Origin: an uncultured Candidatus Bathyarchaeia archaeon
Lineage (GTDB): Archaea > Thermoproteota > Bathyarchaeia > 40CM-2-53-6 > CAVXDP01
Assembly: GCA_964464765.1 (NCBI GenBank)
Contig: CAYXJU010000002.1
Span: 1 to 52,744, forward strand
Length of the DNA stretch: 52,744 nt
Direction of reading: 5' to 3'
A program made the position numbers and the translations under genes. Positions 46,432 to 52,744 of this stretch are shown here, piece after piece (the first letter of the stretch is position 1; every line of letters begins with the position of its first letter). Below the pieces are notes generated by a model. That model worked only from the letters and a program-made list of their open reading frames with translations. It had not been told where the DNA came from and made no database searches.

Positions 46432-46749
46432 GTGAGGTTTACTATATTGTATGTTGAGACAAAGATCGATACGATGGAGGATTTGGAGAGACATATTGGG
46501 GCGCTTGACGAGGACGAAGGCATAAGAACAGTTGGAAACTTCAAAAGCCCAGTTCCAGATGGTTACATCTTCATAACCAAGTCGAACGATCGATATTGTT
46601 TAAATGTCTGCGAAAGAGTTTGGGATGCCGAAACATCCAGTTACAAAGTTGGCGGAAACGACAAATACTTCTATTTCGACACATTTGAAAAAGTTTGGAC
46701 GATGATCAAATCCATAATTCGTCTACCCTTGGAAGCTTGGTTGTACTAG
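46432..46749 (+). CDS. Hypothetical protein
   Basis: 105-aa ORF (likely start at the internal MEDLERH). No motif recognised. Confidence 0.3.
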   Translation: MRFTILYVETKIDTMEDLERHIGALDEDEGIRTVGNFKSPVPDGYIFITKSNDRYCLNVCERVWDAETSSYKVGGNDKYFYFDTFEKVWTMIKSIIRLPLEAWLY

Positions 46750-46917
46750 TCATATCTAGAAAGGCCTGAAACCAACATTGATTCTAGAACTTCCTGCGGT
46801 CAACCAAAGCCCATGTAGCTCGTATATTGAGCCAAAGTATGTTAGCTCCTGACACCGCCCCATTTAGAACCAGAATATCGCGTCAGCGCGTTGGAGGCTT
46901 GGAAAAAGATGGTAAAG

Positions 46918-47334
46918 CTACTTCTCCAGTAACTTTCCGAAGGTGTCATAATGTTCCTCTTCCGCTTCAAGAATCTCTTCGTACATTAGTCTCGTGACAG
47001 GATCATTTAGGTCTGAAGCCAGTTTGATGTATGCCTTGTAGAGTTCTATCGCTTCCTCTTCGGCTTTCAGGTCGTCAGAAAGCACCTTCGTCAGGTCTCC
47101 CCAACCATGATTGGATCAGGCTTCGTACTTGGAACACTCACCTAAGTAGTTGAGCCTCTCAGCAAACTTCTCGGCATGCTTCATCTCCTCAACTGCAATC
47201 TTCTGGAAGATATCAGCAACTGCCGCACTTCCAATTCCAACAGCCATCACGTGCTGCCACATGTATTGAATAGAGACTTGCAGTTCGCGAGCAATCGACT
47301 TGTTCAATGCGTCGAGAAGCTTCTCTTTAGTCAA
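46918..47334 (-). pseudogene. Bacterioferritin/ferritin-like (four-helix-bundle diiron) gene interrupted by an in-frame TGA
   Basis: The N-terminal part is LNKSIARELQVSIQYMWQH...AVEEMKHAEKFAERLNYLGE. The C-terminal part, in the same frame after the TGA at 47116-47118, is DLTKVLSDDLKAEEEAIELYKAY...ILEAEEEHYDTFGKLL. The ~36-nt segment between them reads family-like (VPSTKPDPIMVG) only in another frame. Confidence 0.6.
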
Positions 47335-47540
47335 ACAATCACCTCCATTCTGACTTCAATCGTCAAGTCCTTCGATGACAAGATCCGCAGACAATTGCTT
47401 GATCTTATGCTCTTCATCGGGTTAGAAGGGCTTCCCTTAACGGTCACTCGTTATGATGATTGTTGTTCTATTTCGTAGACGGAGTGTTTCAATACATAGT
47501 ATCTTTAGCCGCTTCTTCATGGAAGTAGGACTGATGAAAA

Positions 47541-48398
47541 ATGTCAAGAAATAGAATGTTGGCGATGTCCCTTCTTGTGGCTGTCCTTCTGGTGGCATCG
47601 TTCTTTGTTGGGGCCTTCTATACATTCTTCGGAGGAATTGAAAGGTATGGTCGCATTGAATTTGTCCAGCTTCCATCAAGAACAATCAGTGGACCTACGA
47701 CTGACGAGTTGCCAAAGACTGTCGAATACAACCAAGTTCCAGTCACAGTTCCGGAGAGAATGGTCATCTATAATGGATACATCTCACTTGAGACAGACGA
47801 TATTCAAGGGAACATAGCTAAAATCAGATCTTTGGCTGAGAGCTACGACGGTTACGTTGCTGGTTCATCTCATTCAGAGAACTACGCTGAGATTATGATC
47901 CGAGTTCCTAAGGATGAATTTCAGAGAGCAATCAAAGAGATCGAAACGTTTGGCAAAGTGCTGGAGGAGCGCACATCAAGTGACGACGTTACGGAACAAT
48001 ATGTGGATCTCAAGGCCAGGCTTGAGAACTCGCTTAGACAGGAGAAGAGGCTCAGTGAGATCCTTCAGATGGCAAAGACCGTGGATGAGGTACTCAATGT
48101 TGAAAGAGAACTGGAAAGAGTAAGAGGAGAGATCGAAAGTCTACAGGGGGAGATAAACTACCTCGAACGAAATGTTGCGATGACTATTATCACTATCTAC
48201 CTGTCAGAGCCGCCACCCCCATTCACACCGCCAGGCATGGATTGGAAAGAGACTTTTGAAACTGCCCTCAGAGGACTATTTGCAGTCTTTCGTGGACTGA
48301 TAATCATTCTAGTGTCACTACTTCCACTACTTGTAATCGGCGTCCCGATGTATTACGTGTATAGAAAAAGGAAGAGCAAAAAACAATCTGCTATGTAA
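47541..48398 (+). CDS. DUF4349 domain-containing membrane-anchored protein
   Basis: 285 aa with an N-terminal TM. YNGYISLETDDIQGNIAKIRSLAESYDGYV...IMIRVPKDEFQRAIKEIETFGKV...DVTEQYVDLKARLENSLRQEKRL...LQGEINYLERNVAMTIITIYL is the DUF4349 layout. A C-terminal TM is also present. Confidence 0.7.
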   Translation: MSRNRMLAMSLLVAVLLVASFFVGAFYTFFGGIERYGRIEFVQLPSRTISGPTTDELPKTVEYNQVPVTVPERMVIYNGYISLETDDIQGNIAKIRSLAESYDGYVAGSSHSENYAEIMIRVPKDEFQRAIKEIETFGKVLEERTSSDDVTEQYVDLKARLENSLRQEKRLSEILQMAKTVDEVLNVERELERVRGEIESLQGEINYLERNVAMTIITIYLSEPPPPFTPPGMDWKETFETALRGLFAVFRGLIIILVSLLPLLVIGVPMYYVYRKRKSKKQSAM

Positions 48399-48559
48399 AG
48401 ACTAGTGTACTCTCCTCTTTTCTTGCAATCACAGTCTCTGAAATGCTCCATTCTTCTTCAGCAAGCTCGTGGCCAATGGTTAGTGGACTATAATATCGAT
48501 TCTGGACAATAGATTTCTAAACCGGTAAATCATAATATGAAACTCGATGGACGGTTTAC

Positions 48560-49498
48560 ATGACCGTTTCTGGACCAGATCTGATATTCATCGGTCATAC
48601 TTCGCGAGATTTGGTTAGGAATCCATGGGGAGAACGGATCCAGATCGGTGGCGCCGCGCTTTATGCAGCCATAGCTGCGAGATCGCTTTCACAAAGCGTT
48701 CGAATAGTATCAGCCGTTGGCAGAGACTTCACGCAGATGGATTTCTTAAGGTCGAACTTTCCAGGGTCCGCCATCAAAAGAGTGAATGCACCTTCAACAT
48801 TCTTCGAGATAAACTATGACAAGAATTTCTCGGCTGACTACAAGACAGTTCGCTTGGGAGCTGGAGCCGCAATAAAGGTCACAGATTTGCCGAAGCATTG
48901 GATTCGTGAGGATGCTTTCATTCATCTCGCGCCAATGAATCCTAGCAAAGTGGAAAAGTTCGTGGAAGTCATCCGAAAGCAATCTTCAAAAACATGGATA
49001 TCAGCTCACACCAGTCCCGACTACCTCACGACCGCCAATAATAAGCGAATTCTTAAAAGAATCGCGGAAAGCGTGGACCTCTTTGTCACAAATGATCATG
49101 AGGCACTCAAACTCTCTGGAGCCACTGAGTTAACATCAGCTATGCGAACACTGAAGTCAAAAAGACTTGCCATAACGCTGGGACAGTGGGGCGCTATCAT
49201 AGTTGACGGTACTGGCGTACAAATGATCCCGGCTCTAAACACGTTAATAGAGAATCCAAAGGACACCACCGGAGCAGGCGATACATGGTGTGGTGCACTA
49301 TTGTCTTCCTACTCCCTAACTAGGGAATGGACCCGGTCCGTGGTGACCGCATGCATAATTTCTGCTCTCAAATGCATGGGATGGAACATAGAACGAGTAA
49401 AAGATCTTAGATTCAACGGTCCGGAAGAAGTGGTCGAGTATATCCTAAGACTCAAGAACGGATCGATCCAACTTAGCCTGAAGGACTTCACAAAATAG
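48560..49498 (+). CDS. PfkB-family carbohydrate/nucleoside kinase (ribokinase-like)
   Basis: 312 aa. The N-terminal GG dipeptide region is IQIGGAALYAA. The C-terminal ATP/anion-hole motif is DTTGAGDTWCGALL. Confidence 0.8.
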   Translation: MTVSGPDLIFIGHTSRDLVRNPWGERIQIGGAALYAAIAARSLSQSVRIVSAVGRDFTQMDFLRSNFPGSAIKRVNAPSTFFEINYDKNFSADYKTVRLGAGAAIKVTDLPKHWIREDAFIHLAPMNPSKVEKFVEVIRKQSSKTWISAHTSPDYLTTANNKRILKRIAESVDLFVTNDHEALKLSGATELTSAMRTLKSKRLAITLGQWGAIIVDGTGVQMIPALNTLIENPKDTTGAGDTWCGALLSSYSLTREWTRSVVTACIISALKCMGWNIERVKDLRFNGPEEVVEYILRLKNGSIQLSLKDFTK

Positions 49499-49543
49499 GC
49501 GATCCTTCGTATTCTGGAAACGGGCTTCAGTCATTATCAGTTT

Positions 49544-49948
49544 TCACACTATTCGGTTATACGTTTCTCTGAGCATGGGAACCGTCTCATAAGTTGCCAA
49601 TGTGGACGGATCTATCCACATGTACTCTCTATGTTCCCAATCAATCCTGATTGTATCTGATTTAGACTCGAATAGGAAGGGGTGAACGATCCATAGGATA
49701 TTCTTCTTCTTGTCAAGGACACGTAACGGTTCGCCCTTTTGTATCAGTTGAATGTCATCTGTGCCAAGTCCAACTTCCTCCTTGATTTCCTTGAGAGCTC
49801 TTTCAAAGGGGTAGTCACCTTTTTCGAGGTAGCCGCTGACTCCAGCCCATCTCCTCTGATATGTACCAACCTTGTCGCTTCTTCGCAGAATGAGTATCTT
49901 TCCACTTTTTCGCAAGAACGATGTTACAACCTCGCGTTCTTCAATCAT
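49544..49948 (-). CDS. NUDIX hydrolase
   Basis: 134 aa. The Nudix box is GVSGYLEKGDYPFERALKEIKEEVGL (GX5EX7REUXEEXGU). Confidence 0.85.
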   Translation of the reverse strand: MIEEREVVTSFLRKSGKILILRRSDKVGTYQRRWAGVSGYLEKGDYPFERALKEIKEEVGLGTDDIQLIQKGEPLRVLDKKKNILWIVHPFLFESKSDTIRIDWEHREYMWIDPSTLATYETVPMLRETYNRIV

Positions 49949-50473
49949 CTATAATTGCAGCCTCAATCTCGTGAAATCATTTTCAAGCGAATCTCTTGCT
50001 AATTAGTTGAGGCTAAGTTAACTATCTTACGCATAGCCCGCAATGTCCTTTATGATAGATTCGAGACTTATCGTTGTTACTGCGAGATCTGCGAGAAGAT
50101 TCTTGTTCTCTCTAGAATCTTCATAGAACCGAGAAGCATGAGAGGCTTTTCACGATAGATGTTCAATCTGCAATTTGAGTCTTAGGACTAAATTTGCGTT
50201 GCATACGCATTAAGATACCAAGTCAGAATATTTTCCAGTTGCACCTACAGTGGAGAAATTCTTTCTCGATGAACTTACCTGCAAAAACTCAAAATCCATA
50301 ATCTCTTCCCTTTCTGAAGAAAATGAGCCACTCGAAAGAAAGATACAGCCGTTGTCTAGGGACTTTGAAAGACTTCAATGGACACAACGGCTTCAGAAAA
50401 CTTGTACAATTACCAGATCCGCTCGCAACAGAGAATATGGGAGATGAGTGGATTCCCGAAAGTCTTGAGACAA

Positions 50474-51124
50474 CTATATTGGAAAAGGCCAAAATCTGTA
50501 GGCTACGAGTACAACAGTAACTGCATCAACCGCTAATATGCCTCTTCTCAAGGTCTCCCAAGCGAATTTGGCCTCAGGATCGACGTAGGAGCGGTCTTTT
50601 CCGTAGCTCTTCCCTCTCTCATACAGCATGATTCCTTGCATACTACAGGCGCAGACCAACAAGAAAACGACTACCATGACGGGTGACAGAATCTGCTCTT
50701 GAAGGTAGTATCCTCCCAAGAAGACGAGCCCCCAGCTTATGCCGAGAATCTTCGCATTGTGAAAGATGCCGCCGAACAGCTCCAGGTCGTACGCAATTAT
50801 GAAGAAGGATTCAGCGATCACGAAGAAGATAAAATTGTAATTCACTTGTATGACGAAGTATAGTCCAATCATTACAAAAGTCGAAAGGGCAATTACAGCA
50901 GCGAGCCACAAGCGAATCGCGGGCATCTTTGTGTGCCATGGTCGATTAAGAACTTCGTCAAAATGGTTCGCGGCTACGCTACCTCCTAGGAATATCTGCA
51001 TCAAGAACAATGCGAGTCGATCTGGATAGATCTCTTGTGCAAGTAGAGATCCTAAGACCGCCAATGACAGAAGAACCGATGTGGTTGAAGGATGGAAGAG
51101 TGTCAGATGTTCTCGCCACGTCAT
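50474..51124 (-). CDS. Integral membrane protein (hypothetical; weak UbiA-like NxxD hint)
   Basis: 216 aa with ~7 TM helices. The ANHFDEVLNRPW motif only vaguely recalls prenyltransferase Asp-rich motifs. Confidence 0.45.
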   Translation of the reverse strand: MTWREHLTLFHPSTTSVLLSLAVLGSLLAQEIYPDRLALFLMQIFLGGSVAANHFDEVLNRPWHTKMPAIRLWLAAVIALSTFVMIGLYFVIQVNYNFIFFVIAESFFIIAYDLELFGGIFHNAKILGISWGLVFLGGYYLQEQILSPVMVVVFLLVCACSMQGIMLYERGKSYGKDRSYVDPEAKFAWETLRRGILAVDAVTVVLVAYRFWPFPI

Positions 51125-51299
51125 CGGTTTAACCTCTTCAATGCATGTGGATCAGTAGTTGAACCTAATCCGCTGATTAAGATGGAGACGTTTGCCTTAT
51201 GATTACCACTTGCTTTTAAGCCAAGCACATACTTCGACTTATTGAAAGACTGGTTGGTTCCTACATAAGTGGAGCGTTAACGGAGACAATGGCCTAGAA

Positions 51300-51677
51300 A
51301 TGAAAGTGAATGGTAGGGTTGTCTCAGGTAGTGGCAGTGGGCACTTATTCACAGAATTGGAGTGGGCCAAGAGACAGTTCATTCAACTGCTTGGTTTTGA
51401 ACCATTTCTAGGAACATTGAACATTATGCTGGAAGGAACGACAAATCAAGACATTCTTGAGTTGGGACAATGTAGAATTCTAACAATCTACCCACCCGAC
51501 AACAGTTATTCTAGTGGAATTATCTTGCGGGTGATAATTGGTGACGCAATAAGAGGCGCGATTGTCATTCCACAAGTTCGCAACTATGAACCACACCTTC
51601 TAGAGATCGTCGCTCCAATCAATCTCAGAGAGAAGTTGAGACTTAAAGACGGTGACATGGTAACTCTTGACATCTAA
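51300..51677 (+). CDS. ribK: Archaeal CTP-dependent riboflavin kinase (RibK / DUF120 family)
   Basis: 125 aa. GRVVSGSGSGHLFTELEWAKRQFIQLLGFEPFLGTLNIML...LEIVAPINLREKL matches the MJ0056-type riboflavin kinase pattern. Confidence 0.7.
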   Translation: MKVNGRVVSGSGSGHLFTELEWAKRQFIQLLGFEPFLGTLNIMLEGTTNQDILELGQCRILTIYPPDNSYSSGIILRVIIGDAIRGAIVIPQVRNYEPHLLEIVAPINLREKLRLKDGDMVTLDI

Positions 51678-51725
51678 GGGTTGCTGCAAACAGAGAAATA
51701 TTCCTATTACGACTCTTCGCGCACT

Positions 51726-52262
51726 CTAGCTTATGTATCTTTGATTCGTCCCTTCGAAGTTCTTCACTATTTCTGCAACTCGTTTGGGAGCTTCGATTAC
51801 ACCCACAGGCACATCCTTAAGGAGCGCCCATGGTCCAACCTCTCCAAGACGAGTTGCTATATGATCTTCACCAAAGGATTTCAACGATATTCGATAGACT
51901 AATGGTCTCACATCCGACTCGGGAAGGAAGCCCAGCGCGTGAAGGTATTCGTGAAGCAGAATTGTGTAGATAAAAGCGTTAACAACTCGCTTTGAACTCG
52001 CGGTTGTCTGAACAATCTGGAGGAAGAGCCGATTCATTACTATGGTATTGCTTCCGACTGCATGATAAGCACCAACTTGAAGAGGTAGGTCATCAAGAAT
52101 AAGCATCAAACCCACGCGATAACCACCAATTGCATGCTTCACAGTATCCTTCACTACATCGTAAACGTCACTGAAGTCCTTGGCATGGTCCAAACGCGAT
52201 CTATAGGAGGCAACAATTGATTCCTCAGCATTCTTCCTGTGAGCATTCTGTGCCATGATCAA
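51726..52262 (-). CDS. Hypothetical protein with HExxH motif (putative zinc metallopeptidase-like)
   Basis: 178 aa. ILLHEYLHALGF contains an HExxH motif. No family recognised. Confidence 0.4.
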   Translation of the reverse strand: MIMAQNAHRKNAEESIVASYRSRLDHAKDFSDVYDVVKDTVKHAIGGYRVGLMLILDDLPLQVGAYHAVGSNTIVMNRLFLQIVQTTASSKRVVNAFIYTILLHEYLHALGFLPESDVRPLVYRISLKSFGEDHIATRLGEVGPWALLKDVPVGVIEAPKRVAEIVKNFEGTNQRYIS

Positions 52263-52380
52263 ATCCCTCCAGAGGTTACATCTACCTAGCTATTATTTGA
52301 GAGTCTAAGTTCTCAGAATATCTTTATGAAATACTCTGTTATGTGAAGATGACGTGACCCGATGATTGATACATCACTAG

Positions 52381-52487
52381 GCGGGGGTCGCCGAGCCAGG
52401 TCAAAGGCGCAGTAGCCAAGGTGCTGCGATAGCTTCAGGAGCCTGTCGGGTAGCCGTTCGTGGGTTCGAATCCCACCCCCCGCACCA
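52381..52487 (+). tRNA. tRNA-Leu (anticodon CAG, tentative) with a 19-nt intron at a non-canonical position (in the 5' anticodon stem, ~29/30) and encoded CCA
   Basis: GCGGGGG-TC-GCCGAGCCAGGTCAAAGGC-G-CAG[TAGCCAAGGTGCTGCGATA]GC-TTCAGGA-GCCTG-TCGGGTAGCCGTTC-GTGGGTTCGAATCCCAC-CCCCCGC-A-CCA. The acceptor, D, T and variable arms are Leu-like. The anticodon stem only forms after removing 52413-52431. Confidence 0.75.
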
Positions 52488-52744
52488 TTTCTTTTCGAAT
52501 ATTTTTCTTGCAGACATTCGCACACCCCACACAGTCATTTTGTGTGTACAAACTACGGTAGGAGAATTCACTGTCTGAGGCAGGCTTGTCTAGGAGAATT
52601 ACATGATTGATTGTTCTCTTCATGATTATCTTGCACATCAAATAAGGCTCGGATTGTTGTGAATTGGGAAACAGTAGTGAAGAAAGATGGATGATCATGC
52701 ACCAGACGAGTCGAGGACGTTGATACCGCTGCGGCATAAGATGT

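Noticed and set aside
10591-47118. Genome-wide reassignment of TGA (two in-frame TGAs, at 10591-10593 and 47116-47118)
   Set aside because: TGA terminates several well-conserved genes at their expected ends (TBP, P-type ATPase, Lhr, the Sm-like ORF). The two cases are therefore better explained as local lesions.
52313-52737. Two minus-strand ORFs (70 and 100 aa) at the window end
   Set aside because: Both run antisense through tRNA-Leu (GGIRTHE / GVGFEPTNG artefact peptides). The remainder shows no motif or codon-like pattern.
1-52744. CRISPR arrays, IS elements, integrases, prophage or defence-system genes
   Set aside because: I scanned for regularly spaced direct repeats, transposase/integrase motifs (DDE, R..H..R..Y) and typical defence ATPase/nuclease pairs and recognised none. 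The only mobile-like signal is the small element at 12508-12654.

Overview
This window is an archaeal chromosomal segment. Diagnostic genes are TBP, Alba, Orc1/Cdc6, both PolD subunits, a multi-OB RPA, Elf1, Sec61-beta, Lrp/AsnC regulators and three intron-containing tRNAs. PolD together with an Elf1 homologue and a tRNA intron at a non-canonical position suggests a PolD-bearing TACK-type lineage; this is inference, not a database result.

I call about 60 protein-coding genes, 3 tRNAs (Pro-CGG, Ser-CGA, Leu-CAG), and no rRNA, CRISPR array, transposase or integrase.

The centre of the window (about 31.1-44.0 kb) is a replication island: Elf1, PolD-DP2 and a wHTH gene; two HTH-type proteins; a predicted oriC; orc1/cdc6; a DUF99 gene; PolD-DP1; tRNA-Ser; and a class II RNR. 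The predicted oriC is an inverted pair of ORB-like boxes flanking an AT-richer spacer. RPA, an Lhr helicase with an adjacent metallophosphoesterase and SWIM protein, and Alba lie upstream of it.

Observations most worth follow-up:
1. A class III RNR (NrdD)-like protein is fused to an N-terminal ArsR-type wHTH and an ATP-cone. Its glycyl-radical glycine appears replaced (R-C-S-A-T-Y), and no activase gene is present.
2. A decayed ~1.2 kb zone (12.2-13.4 kb) holds DMT, cupredoxin-like and amidohydrolase remnants. It also holds a GC-rich double-hairpin element of ~127 bp flanked by a 10-bp direct repeat (MITE-like).
3. Two copies of a 13-nt motif containing the perfect palindrome GTGACGTCAC bracket the intergenic region upstream of a membrane-anchored wHTH gene next to the origin.
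4. A bacterioferritin-like gene is interrupted by an in-frame TGA that looks like the product of two compensating frameshifts.
5. A two-gene surface-protein operon has Thr-rich linkers and a PEF-CTERM sorting signal.

All family assignments come from motif recognition by eye and need HMM or BLAST confirmation.
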